This document shows positions 49,465 through 59,489 of a stretch of 64,000 nucleotides of DNA, piece after piece (position 1 is the stretch's first letter; every line of letters starts with the position of its first letter). A program made the translations under genes and the position numbers. Source of the stretch: a virus. The notes below the pieces were generated by a model. It saw nothing but the letters and a program-made list of their open reading frames with translations, did not search any database and had not been told where the DNA came from. The DNA is taken from positions 1 to 64,000 of the IMG/VR virus record IMGVR_UViG_3300028558_000018; one strand, given 5' to 3'.

Positions 49465-51072
49465 ATGCCCTATTCTCCCATTAGAATTCAACAACTCGAC
49501 TTACCTAATTTATCTGGGTATATCGGTTCTGTGCTTGCGGGTTCTCAGGCTGTGTTGATTTATGGCGACCAAACCGGAATTTCAGGCCGCAAAGTCTTCC
49601 TCGGCACAATTGATTTTAGTGGCAATACTTCAATTTCAGGCGGAATTAACTTTAGTCGCACAAATTATAATCTCAACCCATTTGGTCAATTTGAAGTAGG
49701 CGCGCTATCAAATATCAGCGCCGATCCTTATTTGGCCCAACTTTATGATTTAACCAACGGAGCATATATCGCCCTAGATTGGAACTCGCGCTCTTTATCC
49801 GGCCAATGGGCGTCTAATGTGGCACCCTCTTGGACAGGACATTTGGTTAATTTGGGGTTTCTTCAAACTGGAAATTTCGGCGCGAATCCTTATGTGGTAA
49901 ATACCGTTAGCGGGCAAACTATTAGCGGCGTGAAATTATTTCTAGCCCCTGCTTCTTTTCAATCTGGACTAAATTCGGATAACTTAAGTATTTTTAGTCC
50001 TATTTATCAAGACGGAGATACTATTTTTGAAATAAATTCCGGCAATAATATTTCTTGGAGTAAAGGACAACTGCAAAACAACGCTTCTGTTTATTTAAAT
50101 TGGACTGGACAACAATTAAGCGGGCAAGATTGGAAGAGTGACAATTCAAATCCGACAATTCCCTTTCATATCATTAATTATGATTATTTAACGGGCGGCG
50201 CGATTATTCCTATTTTGGGTCTGCCCACTCTATCCGCCAATCAAACATTTTTAGGTCAAAATACCTTCCGTAATATTCAACTAATCGGCGGCACGGGAAT
50301 TGATTTTAGCGGCAATCTTTATTTAACGCAATCGGGAAGTTTCTCCTCTGGATTCAATGGGCCGAATGTTTTTGACCCAAATACCGCGACTTTTAAAGAT
50401 TTTAGCAACGTATCTTCATTAAATTATTCCGCGAGAACCTTATCCGGCCAATGGAAAACAAATAATTCACCGTCTCAATCTGGAGATTTGATTAATTATA
50501 GTTATTTAACATCTAATTATGCTAATTTAACAGGAAATCAGAATTTTTATGGTTCAAATAACTTTTCGGGACTAACGACTTTTAGCGGCATTAATATTTC
50601 CGGGGGAAGCGGGATTCAACTTAGCGGCAATTTAAATATTTCACAATCTGGAACAATTAATTCTGGCGCGTCAACTATCTACGACCCAAATAGTGCTCAA
50701 TTTAATGATTTTAGCGGCAATAATTCTCTAAATTACGATACTCGCACGCTATCTGGGAACTGGAATACTTCTGGGAATCTTTATTTCCCTATCGGTTCTG
50801 GAGTAGGATATCCCACTGGAAACAACTCTTTAATTGGCACGGGAAGATTGATAACGGGCGGCGCGACAATTACTACTTCCGCGATTAACGCCAACGGGTT
50901 TATTTTTCTACAGCGTTCTTTAATTGTTAATTCTACTGGAGTAGGACAACTTGCCCCGTCAGGAATCGTTGCAAACAGCTACTTCTCAGTTCGCTCATTA
51001 ACAACTTCTGGGACTATTAATGTAAACGACAGCGGAAGTTTTTATTGGGAAATAAGTAATCCATCGAATTAA
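49465..51072 (+). CDS. putative tail fibre/virion protein with internal repeats
   Basis: G/S/N-rich; repeated Q.(I/F)SG.K.F and LN(W/Y)..R.LSG.W units. Confidence 0.6.
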   Translation: MPYSPIRIQQLDLPNLSGYIGSVLAGSQAVLIYGDQTGISGRKVFLGTIDFSGNTSISGGINFSRTNYNLNPFGQFEVGALSNISADPYLAQLYDLTNGAYIALDWNSRSLSGQWASNVAPSWTGHLVNLGFLQTGNFGANPYVVNTVSGQTISGVKLFLAPASFQSGLNSDNLSIFSPIYQDGDTIFEINSGNNISWSKGQLQNNASVYLNWTGQQLSGQDWKSDNSNPTIPFHIINYDYLTGGAIIPILGLPTLSANQTFLGQNTFRNIQLIGGTGIDFSGNLYLTQSGSFSSGFNGPNVFDPNTATFKDFSNVSSLNYSARTLSGQWKTNNSPSQSGDLINYSYLTSNYANLTGNQNFYGSNNFSGLTTFSGINISGGSGIQLSGNLNISQSGTINSGASTIYDPNSAQFNDFSGNNSLNYDTRTLSGNWNTSGNLYFPIGSGVGYPTGNNSLIGTGRLITGGATITTSAINANGFIFLQRSLIVNSTGVGQLAPSGIVANSYFSVRSLTTSGTINVNDSGSFYWEISNPSN

Positions 51073-51186
51073 TATCACTTGACACTCACAGCACAATTTT
51101 ACTGAATATACACTCAGGAAACCTTTTAGATAAAGTAATTTATTTAAATTGAATACACAAACAACAAAACTCAACACACAAATATT

Positions 51187-51876
51187 ATGGCTATTGGAAA
51201 AACAGGCGGCGCGTCGAACAAGAATCTTTTCTCGGTTCGCGTAATCACAAAGGATAAGGACAAGAAACCCGTAGACCCTCATTTCTCTTTCGTTCAAAAA
51301 GTAGAAGGAGTTTATAAAGAGGTTCAAACTAGCACTTCTTTTAATGGTAATGTTACCTCTGTAACGACCAAACTTGAAGAATATCAGGGTAATCCTCTTA
51401 AGAAAGTTATCGTTAAAGTGGAAGACGAAAGCGACGTTTATTACGTTGATTTTAATTACACCATTCTTTCGCGCTCAGTATTCAACACCCTGCTAAACGT
51501 TGCTCTTGGAGAATCGGTCAAATTTAGCATTTATCTTGCTAAAGCTAACCCGCAAGGTAAACGTTATCCTCAAATCTCCCTCTGGCGTCCTGTCGAAGGT
51601 CAGGAGAAGGATGAAATGATTCGTTGGAAGTTTCAGGTAGACGAGCTTCCTCCCACGAAGAAAGTCCGTGTAAAGGGCCAAGATATTACCGACACAGAGG
51701 ATGTTGATAATTTCTTTGAGGCGGAGATTCAAAAGACATTTGGCGGCGGGGCTAAAGCTCAAGTTACTCCGAAGGCCGAGGCCAAACCTGCCTCGAAAGC
51801 AGACAAAACTACGAAAGCGACCAAAACGGTAAAAGCCGCTCCTGCCGATGAGGATACGAGCGATATCCCATTTTAG
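51187..51876 (+). CDS. single-stranded DNA-binding protein
   Basis: beta-rich core, flexible linker, acidic C-terminal tip DEDTSDIPF. Confidence 0.65.
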   Translation: MAIGKTGGASNKNLFSVRVITKDKDKKPVDPHFSFVQKVEGVYKEVQTSTSFNGNVTSVTTKLEEYQGNPLKKVIVKVEDESDVYYVDFNYTILSRSVFNTLLNVALGESVKFSIYLAKANPQGKRYPQISLWRPVEGQEKDEMIRWKFQVDELPPTKKVRVKGQDITDTEDVDNFFEAEIQKTFGGGAKAQVTPKAEAKPASKADKTTKATKTVKAAPADEDTSDIPF

Positions 51877-51902
51877 TCGTTAATTATCAATAACTTACAC
51901 AA

Positions 51903-51939
51903 GTCCCGCGAGGTAATTCTCTCGGGGCTTTTTATTTTT
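51903..51939 (+). terminator. intrinsic terminator after SSB
   Basis: GTCCCGCGAG-loop-CTCTCGGGGC followed by T-tract. Confidence 0.65.
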
Positions 51940-51966
51940 GACATTTAAATAGAAAATCATTAGTAT
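51938..51966 (+). promoter_or_regulatory. sigma70-type promoter TTGACA-17-TAGTAT (leaderless)
   Basis: ATG 7 nt after the -10. Confidence 0.7.
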
Positions 51967-51973
51967 CTTTTAT

Positions 51974-53884
51974 ATGCCCGAAAAGAAAAAAATCGTCGCC
52001 ATCCACACAGATTCCCCTATTTCAAAAACTGGATTAGGTCGAAATGGGCGGGCGTTGGCCAAATATTTACTATCTACTAATAAATACGATATTCGTTACT
52101 TCTGCACGGGATTTCCTTGGTCGGCGCATGAGTTACAAAAACTCCCATTTAAGGCTCAGGGGTGTTTACCTGATAATCAAAATGAATTAATGGTGTTGCA
52201 AAATGACCCCGGCAAACTTCGTGATGCTTCCTACGGCGCGTTGCTAATTGATAAATTCGTCAAAGAAAATCGTCCTGATGTAATGATTTTTAGCAATGAT
52301 TCTTGGAGTTTTAATAATTATGACAAAAAGGCTTGGTGGAATAAGTTTCATTGCGTGCCGCATATTACTCTCGATTCTCTTCCTTTTTTAAAAGACCAAA
52401 TTGAGTTTATTAAAAATTCTAAAATTTTCACTGTTTGGGCTAAGTTTGCCCAAGAAGAAGCTGCGAGAATTGGGTTTAAAGATGTAAAAACTATTCCCGC
52501 GATTATTGAACACGAATATTTTAGGCCATTAAACGATTCTAAAAAGAATGAACTGCGCAAAAAATTCAATATTCCTCTTGATACCTTTGTAGTGGGCTTC
52601 GTGTTTCGTTCTCAATTGCGCAAAGAAGTAAAACCCCTTCTGGAAGGATTCGCGGAATTTAAACGTAATAATCCAGAGGCTAAAAATGCCAAACTCCTTC
52701 TCCATACAAATTTCGCAGAAGGATGGGATATTCCAAAATTAATCGAGGATTTAGGGATTAATAAAAACGATATTCTCACAACGTATTTTTGCCGTGAATG
52801 CGGCGAATATGAGATTAAATCCTTTGTCGGCCAAGATCAAGATTGCAAATATTGCGGCGCGATTAAATCCCAAATCACTTGTAATGTAGCCCAAGGTGTT
52901 AGCGAAGAAAAACTCAATGAAGTTTATAACCTAATGGATGCCTATTGCCATTTGGCAAACGCTGGCGGCTGCGAGATGCCTATTATTGAGGCTTTATACG
53001 CGGGCTTACCCATCGCGACGGTAAATTACTCCTTTGGCAAAACCTTTACCGATGAATCTTTTTGTTATACTATCGAGAGTGCGAAAACTATTCAATTTCA
53101 AACTCAATTTGACCGTGCAGCCCCTTATGCGTCTTCAGTGGCAAAATTTATGCGGCGGATTTTTAATTTAGACAAATCGGCTCGTAAAAAACTTGGCGAG
53201 CAAGGGAGAGAATTCGCGCTCAAAACATTTTCACCAGAAATAGTTGGAAAGCAATGGGAACAGCTTATAGATGCTTTGTCAGAAGTCACTTATGATTATA
53301 ATTTCGATTATGTTAAAAAGAATCCTTCATATCCTTTTCCAGAAATTTCTGATGTTAATGAATTTCTTACAACCCTTTATGACAATATTTTAAAACAACC
53401 CGAACCAATTAATGGTGATGGGAGAAAGTATTGGCTAGAGACAATTTCTAAAGGTGTGTCCCGCGCCGATGTTTATAAATATTTCGTTAAAGTCGCAATG
53501 GACGATAATAATAAGAATTTGGGCATCAAACTTGAAGACTTTTTCGATGGAGAGGTTGATAATCGGATTTTATTTGCTATTCCCGAGGATGAAACCGCCG
53601 TGTTGCATACTTTATCTCTACTCAAATCATGTAAAGAAACCTATCCAGAGTGCGATATTTATGTAGCAACTCATCCAGAGTTTAAAAATCTCCTAAATGG
53701 CAATCCTTATATTTATAAGCATTTAAATTTTATGCCAGAATTTGAAAATTTCATCTTAATGGAGGGCGGCGCGAATAAAGGCTATGTGAAATATCTATTT
53801 CTCCCTCACGTTAATGCGCAAAAGTTTCCTAATTTTATTCACAATAATAGTGATAAATCAATTTACCCTACAATTTCAGTATGA
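51974..53884 (+). CDS. glycosyltransferase family 4 with zinc-ribbon insert and C-terminal GT9-like segment
   Basis: KTGLGR, FRSQLRK, CRECG/CKYCG, GGCEMPIIEALYAGLP, LLNGNPYI. Confidence 0.8.
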   Translation: MPEKKKIVAIHTDSPISKTGLGRNGRALAKYLLSTNKYDIRYFCTGFPWSAHELQKLPFKAQGCLPDNQNELMVLQNDPGKLRDASYGALLIDKFVKENRPDVMIFSNDSWSFNNYDKKAWWNKFHCVPHITLDSLPFLKDQIEFIKNSKIFTVWAKFAQEEAARIGFKDVKTIPAIIEHEYFRPLNDSKKNELRKKFNIPLDTFVVGFVFRSQLRKEVKPLLEGFAEFKRNNPEAKNAKLLLHTNFAEGWDIPKLIEDLGINKNDILTTYFCRECGEYEIKSFVGQDQDCKYCGAIKSQITCNVAQGVSEEKLNEVYNLMDAYCHLANAGGCEMPIIEALYAGLPIATVNYSFGKTFTDESFCYTIESAKTIQFQTQFDRAAPYASSVAKFMRRIFNLDKSARKKLGEQGREFALKTFSPEIVGKQWEQLIDALSEVTYDYNFDYVKKNPSYPFPEISDVNEFLTTLYDNILKQPEPINGDGRKYWLETISKGVSRADVYKYFVKVAMDDNNKNLGIKLEDFFDGEVDNRILFAIPEDETAVLHTLSLLKSCKETYPECDIYVATHPEFKNLLNGNPYIYKHLNFMPEFENFILMEGGANKGYVKYLFLPHVNAQKFPNFIHNNSDKSIYPTISV

Positions 53885-55041
53885 AACTCCTTTCCTCCTA
53901 CGCCCTTACGACAGGTTTAGTCGCCAATAAACCAGAAATTATCGAAGAATACGTTCCCTTTTCCAAAGACTTATCAAAAGTCGTGCTATTTAATTTTAGC
54001 TCTCCCCATCAGAGTAAAATTTATGATTATGGCCAAGACGTTCTTGATATTATTGGTCCTATTTTGCAAAAATATGGCTATATTACTATTCAACTAGGGG
54101 AAGAGAAAGATAATCGACTTCGCACGGAATATTCTCTCATGGGAATGCCGCCCGCCCAAAAAGCCTATTTGATTAAAAATTGCGCGCTAATTGTTTCCAC
54201 CGATTCAATTCTTCTTCATTATGCAGGAATCTTTGATACGAAAAATATCGGAATATATGGCCCCACTCACCCAAATAGTCACGGCCCAGCTTGGGGAAAA
54301 CATATTGCAATTCGTAATTGTAAGAATAAACCCAGCTATTTTGTTCAAGAATTTCCCAAATCAATTAATGAAAATAAGCCCGAGGATATTGCGCGAGAGA
54401 TTTTGGCCCAATTAGGTATTAAAGAAGAAATCGGCTATTCTAGCTTATATTTTGGTCAAAACTATCCCTCGTTAGTGCTAGAATTTATCCCCAACCATTT
54501 AATTCCGCCAGATTTATTTGCGGGTAAAGATTTAATAGTTCGCATGGATTATCATTTTAATGAAGAATGTTTATCTATTATTGGTAAACAACGCAAGGTT
54601 TCCATTATTAGCGAAAAAGAGATTAATTTGCAACTAATTAAAGAAATTAAGAAAAATATTGCATTTTTTAATTACCGAGTTGATAAAAATTGTAATATTG
54701 AATATTGTAAAAAACTAAAAGAAACCGGCGCGAAAGTTATTTTCTTTAGTGAAGAGAACGAAGAAGATTTGCGTCTCACGAGAATCAGGCTTTTTGACAT
54801 TGCGTTGGTGGAAAACTTTAAAAAGGACGAAAAACCTCTTGACTTCAAAGAGACAAAATTTGATTCTTCCTTTTACTTTAAAAGCTATAAATTTATTCTC
54901 AGCGATGGTAAAATCTTCATTTCAAAGCCCCACTGGGAAGCCGATTTGCCAATTAAATCATTTAATGAGAATATTCATAGCGTAATTGATACATCAGAAT
55001 TCTGGAAAGATACAAATTTGTTTTATATATTTCAAAAATGA
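53881..55041 (+). CDS. glycosyltransferase family 9-like protein
   Basis: K.YDY, IQLG, TDSILLHYAG, IYGPTHP. Confidence 0.75.
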   Translation: MKLLSSYALTTGLVANKPEIIEEYVPFSKDLSKVVLFNFSSPHQSKIYDYGQDVLDIIGPILQKYGYITIQLGEEKDNRLRTEYSLMGMPPAQKAYLIKNCALIVSTDSILLHYAGIFDTKNIGIYGPTHPNSHGPAWGKHIAIRNCKNKPSYFVQEFPKSINENKPEDIAREILAQLGIKEEIGYSSLYFGQNYPSLVLEFIPNHLIPPDLFAGKDLIVRMDYHFNEECLSIIGKQRKVSIISEKEINLQLIKEIKKNIAFFNYRVDKNCNIEYCKKLKETGAKVIFFSEENEEDLRLTRIRLFDIALVENFKKDEKPLDFKETKFDSSFYFKSYKFILSDGKIFISKPHWEADLPIKSFNENIHSVIDTSEFWKDTNLFYIFQK

Positions 55042-55787
55042 GCACTCCACAAATTGTCCAACGCGATAAAGACGGGCTTCTGCCAAATATTGTATATCAA
55101 TATAACGAAGATGGCACGGTAGATTATAAAGCGATGATTCCACCTCAATTCATTGTTTTTAATCGCCAAAAAGAGGCCGATATTAAAAGCACTTATAATA
55201 AAGAGTTAAAAGAGCTAAACCCCATTGAGTGCGACCCAAAATATCAACTCATTCTTCTTGCGGGATTCAAACATATTGCGAAAATTCGCGGGTATAATAA
55301 AGTGGTTTTTTCTCGCCCCAGTTACGGAATGAATGGGGTAAGCGTCACTTGCGATATTACTTGGCGGCAAAATTATGAAACAGAAGGAGAAGTGACTTAT
55401 GGCGATGTCGGCGGCGCGTCAACCAATAATACTTCTCCAATTGGTAAAAATAAACTCGGCGAATGGGCATATTACCTTGAAACAATTGCCGCTAATCGTG
55501 CATTTGTTCGTGCCGTAAGAAACTTTTTAGCAATTCCCACCCTTGGATTTGACGAAATTGGTAGTTCTCTTAGTGAGGAAACCCCTCAAACTATGGAAAT
55601 TAGCCCGCCGCACATTAATCTTGAGAGAAAATGTGCCGCAAAGGGGATTAAACTCGAATTTTTGATTAAAAAGGCCATAAAGGATAAATGGGAGCTAGAG
55701 GGAAATCCTTCCGAGTGGACAGAATGGAAGGATATTAGTCCGAGGGATAGTTATGCCTTACTGAGTATTATTACCAAAGAGAAATAA
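55038..55787 (+). CDS. possible single-strand annealing protein (Rad52/Sak-like)
   Basis: LLAGF..IA..RGY, IAANRAFVRAVRNFLAI..DEI pattern; weak. Confidence 0.4.
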   Translation: MSTPQIVQRDKDGLLPNIVYQYNEDGTVDYKAMIPPQFIVFNRQKEADIKSTYNKELKELNPIECDPKYQLILLAGFKHIAKIRGYNKVVFSRPSYGMNGVSVTCDITWRQNYETEGEVTYGDVGGASTNNTSPIGKNKLGEWAYYLETIAANRAFVRAVRNFLAIPTLGFDEIGSSLSEETPQTMEISPPHINLERKCAAKGIKLEFLIKKAIKDKWELEGNPSEWTEWKDISPRDSYALLSIITKEK

Positions 55788-55814
55788 TTTCGCTTTTAGC
55801 TAGGAAAAGGGTAT
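55788..55814 (+). promoter_or_regulatory. putative phage-sigma promoter TTTCGC-N15-GGGTAT
   Basis: recurrent motif upstream of virion-like genes. Confidence 0.55.
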
Positions 55815-55827
55815 CTTTTCTTGGCTC

Positions 55828-56313
55828 ATGGCGGTAATTCAATCAGCGTCTAAAGGAATAAGGCTCCCCACTATAATTCAAAGTGGTGGAATATCCTATT
55901 ATCCGTTAGATTTAGTCTTGGTAGATAACGGAGGTAGTTACACTGGAACATTTTACCCCGGCACGATTAATGGGCTATTGCCGTCTAATTATTTGGCGCT
56001 AACTATTCCTAAAACTGGCACGAATTATATTATTTTAGATGTAACTTTGGCCAACGCGCAAGTCCAAACTGCCGTTTTTTCTACTAGCACGAGCGCCCCA
56101 GAAGGATACCCAGTTACAGAAACGACGCCGCCAACAAATATTTCAATTTTAACTCACGTTGTTATAGATGGGGCGATTTTCAGAGTAATTGGCAATGGTA
56201 GCCAGCAATTGACCCCAGCAACAATGTTTTACACAGATAAAACTTCTACTATAGCTGTTGGAGAACGCCCAGTGATTCCTTGGTTCAGTTATACTCTAAC
56301 AACCACGAGTTAA
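55828..56313 (+). CDS. putative virion structural protein
   Basis: beta-rich, Thr-rich. Confidence 0.5.
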   Translation: MAVIQSASKGIRLPTIIQSGGISYYPLDLVLVDNGGSYTGTFYPGTINGLLPSNYLALTIPKTGTNYIILDVTLANAQVQTAVFSTSTSAPEGYPVTETTPPTNISILTHVVIDGAIFRVIGNGSQQLTPATMFYTDKTSTIAVGERPVIPWFSYTLTTTS

Positions 56314-56314
56314 C

Positions 56315-58426
56315 ATGCCTTTAACATGGTATCAGATAGGGGATGGTCCCGCACCTTGGAGCAATGCAACATCTTATTCTTCGTCTTATGACGATACCCT
56401 CTCCTCATCTGATAGTGTTTTCCTTTCGTGGGCTGGTTCTACCATGAGTAGTTATACACAAGAAGCCCAATATAAACAAGAATATTCCTCAAAAGATAAT
56501 GTCTTTGATTCAAATGATACTTATTCAAACTTTCAATCAAATTTTGGCGGAACATATTATACCCACAGTGATTATAATCAAACTATAACCTCCTCTTTCT
56601 CGGCCTCCCAAACAACAAGCAGAAGTTTTATAAATTTCCATCAAGATTTTTCCTTTATCAGTCTTGCAAACGAAAAAGAATATCAATTTTCCGATTCCGT
56701 TGGGATAGTCAGCCACTCGATAGAAACTCATAACGGAAGCGCCTCTTACTTTTTCAAAACAGATTATATCGGGGGCGAAACCGCATCATATTATTATAGT
56801 TATATAACGGTAGAAAACGGAGGAATGACCCTTTCGCAAAGATACGGCACCTACATAGGGACTTTTCCATTTACTACTTTTACGTATTCTACTCAGGTAG
56901 ATACGGCTTCCACGGGTATAACCAATACTTATTATACTTCCAGCACTTATTTAATATCAACTTTATCAGCAAATACTTCCACGGCCCTATTTAGCGTTGA
57001 AAGTAATATTAGAGTTTCTACCACAGAAACACAATATACCACCCAAATAATCTCGACCATTTTAAGTTCCGACACGGGGACAGATACTTCTACTTATGTA
57101 AGCACCAGCTATGACAATACCACTTGGACAATAACCACAGTGGGAATATCCCCAATAACATCTTTCGTTCCCCAAGGAGTATCATCCACCTACTCTCCCA
57201 ATTATCAATATATTGCCCCAGTAATTTCCGCCCTTCCATCGGAATATCTTTTTGAATTTAAAACAACGGCCAATGGATTTTTGGCCGCGTCAAGTGATTT
57301 GGAAGAATTTAGAGTTAAAACATTTGGTTCTTGGAAATTTAGCGGATCAGAAGGCTCTCCGTTTACTCTTTCTATAGGAACAGATTCTTCGTCTAATTTT
57401 CATCACACCGTTACTTATTTTTTGGCTTTAGCTTCAACGATCGCGCAAAATTCTTCTAAAAATCTTTTTGCGACGGTCACTCAATATGGATTCAATGGGG
57501 AGATTCCAACCCCAGAATCTTTATCTTACACGCAAGTAATTTCTTTACCAACTCCGACAACGACGGCATTTAATATACAAAATATAACGACTTCAACGGC
57601 GACTGCATCCGGCGCGAGAACTTATTCTAAGTGGACTAAATTAACATTTGACACTACGACATCAATAAATAAGATTGGATGGGACCAAAATCAAAATAGT
57701 TATTTGTTTACGATGGCGTCGCTTATAAATAGCTACTCTATTGTTAGTTACGCTAGTTGGAGAGGAAACGCAGGGGAAACCGTTTCTACTTACGCAAGTC
57801 CCGCCGGTTGGAATATAAATACCTCAGTTGGTAATATGACTCAAGAAAGATTACGGCTTATAGGAGGATATCAAGGAAGCGAAATCGGTTCAAATCAAAA
57901 TGTGGGAAAATATTTAGACGCGCTAATTAGTTTTTATATTGGATATCAATCGGCGCAAGGAGCACGGGAATCAAATAATACTCCTGTTGATTATTCTACC
58001 TCGGCAACAACAAGCGATAGTAGTTATTTTTTCTCCCTTGGATCAAATTCTTATTGGAGCGTGACGGTTCTTGCAGATATTACAACGACTTCATTTTCCG
58101 CAAACGTGGCAACAATAGGCGGAAATGGAGGCTATTTTGCCCTAGAAAATAATGGTGGGACTCAAGCGGGAGGGGGGTTTCCTCACGAAAACCAAGTTCA
58201 ATATGCAACTCTATCAAACGCCCTTGATTGGAGATATACTTTGAGAGATAGCGCGGGGACATCTTCTTATTCGACTCAATTAAATGTATCGTTTTTTACA
58301 TTAGATATTAGCTCCAAAATAATGGCCATTCAAGGATTACCTGCCACGATAGCATCTCCCGATATGACGCAAGCGGGATATGGAACTTATACTTCTATTT
58401 CCGCTGTCAATGGGGAATTATATTGA
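56315..58426 (+). CDS. extremely Ser/Thr/Tyr-rich putative virion surface protein
   Basis: 703 aa, low-complexity S/T composition. Confidence 0.55.
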   Translation: MPLTWYQIGDGPAPWSNATSYSSSYDDTLSSSDSVFLSWAGSTMSSYTQEAQYKQEYSSKDNVFDSNDTYSNFQSNFGGTYYTHSDYNQTITSSFSASQTTSRSFINFHQDFSFISLANEKEYQFSDSVGIVSHSIETHNGSASYFFKTDYIGGETASYYYSYITVENGGMTLSQRYGTYIGTFPFTTFTYSTQVDTASTGITNTYYTSSTYLISTLSANTSTALFSVESNIRVSTTETQYTTQIISTILSSDTGTDTSTYVSTSYDNTTWTITTVGISPITSFVPQGVSSTYSPNYQYIAPVISALPSEYLFEFKTTANGFLAASSDLEEFRVKTFGSWKFSGSEGSPFTLSIGTDSSSNFHHTVTYFLALASTIAQNSSKNLFATVTQYGFNGEIPTPESLSYTQVISLPTPTTTAFNIQNITTSTATASGARTYSKWTKLTFDTTTSINKIGWDQNQNSYLFTMASLINSYSIVSYASWRGNAGETVSTYASPAGWNINTSVGNMTQERLRLIGGYQGSEIGSNQNVGKYLDALISFYIGYQSAQGARESNNTPVDYSTSATTSDSSYFFSLGSNSYWSVTVLADITTTSFSANVATIGGNGGYFALENNGGTQAGGGFPHENQVQYATLSNALDWRYTLRDSAGTSSYSTQLNVSFFTLDISSKIMAIQGLPATIASPDMTQAGYGTYTSISAVNGELY

Positions 58427-58451
58427 CAATTTGTTTAATTTTAGATAGTAT
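58423..58451 (+). promoter_or_regulatory. sigma70-type promoter TTGACA-17-TAGTAT (leaderless)
   Basis: ATG 6 nt after the -10. Confidence 0.7.
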
Positions 58452-58457
58452 CTTTAT

Positions 58458-59489
58458 ATGGTTTTATCAGTTGTTGTTTGTGCTACAAAATCTTATACCT
58501 ATGCGATGAAGGCTCAGGCTAGACGGGTTTGTTCTGCGCTGAATTTGGCAAAAATAGAAAAAGCTCATATTTTTATCGTTGGGGATGATTCAAAAGAGTT
58601 AAAAGAAATAGAGATTTTTTGGAAAAACGAGTTATCTGGCCATGAAGTTCAACTAATTCAAAATAAGCAATTCATAGAAGGTCAATCGGCAAATTATAAG
58701 AAAAATGCCCAATTACTTATCGCGGATATGCGTTCCGTCGCTCATTCTTTAGCGCGCAAGGCAAAATCTGATTTTTGTTGGTCGTTAGATAGCGATACCC
58801 TGCCACAGCCTAATGCGCTAAGATGTTTGCTTGATACTTGCAATTTTGATGGAGGGTTTTATTCAGTGGCAATGTGCCCTTATCCAAATACGGCTTTTCT
58901 TGGTGGGTTTGGCACCCCGCAAAATCCAATCGCCGAAGATTTTCTTCCTCACGAAAGAATACTTCCTTGGAAATTAAAGAGGGTATGGGAGGCCAACGAA
59001 AAGCTACTTAAAGAATGGACTTTTAAAGATCGCCCTGATAAATTAATTGATAGAAAAGAACGTTTATATAAAAAGATTAAAGAGTGTCCTCCCGATGGAA
59101 ATATTTGGCAAGTCGTTGGCAAGTATGGATTTAGGCAGCGTGGATGGCTCGACCAAGCATATCCATCAATCGGATACGGTTCTACCGTCCCAACTCGTTG
59201 GGTTGGAATGGGTTGCACCCTAATGAATAAACAGGCTCTTGAATTAGCCCATTTCGAGGGCTATACAGGAGAGGGCACAGAAGATTTATTTATTGGCTGG
59301 CATAGATGGTATCCAGCAGGACTAAGAATGGCGGTTCTACCCCATTGCCCAGCAGATCACGTAATTTGGGACAAAAAGAAAGGCGGCGACGAAAATAAAT
59401 ATATTCTCCACCACGTTTATCACGAACAAATGGGGGAATGTGCCGGTCATCTAAGAGTGAAGCAAATTCCTTGGCGCAAAGAAATTTAA
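58458..59489 (+). CDS. glycosyltransferase family 2-like
   Basis: WSLDSD, WVGMGCTLM, TEDL, CPADH. Confidence 0.75.
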   Translation: MVLSVVVCATKSYTYAMKAQARRVCSALNLAKIEKAHIFIVGDDSKELKEIEIFWKNELSGHEVQLIQNKQFIEGQSANYKKNAQLLIADMRSVAHSLARKAKSDFCWSLDSDTLPQPNALRCLLDTCNFDGGFYSVAMCPYPNTAFLGGFGTPQNPIAEDFLPHERILPWKLKRVWEANEKLLKEWTFKDRPDKLIDRKERLYKKIKECPPDGNIWQVVGKYGFRQRGWLDQAYPSIGYGSTVPTRWVGMGCTLMNKQALELAHFEGYTGEGTEDLFIGWHRWYPAGLRMAVLPHCPADHVIWDKKKGGDENKYILHHVYHEQMGECAGHLRVKQIPWRKEI

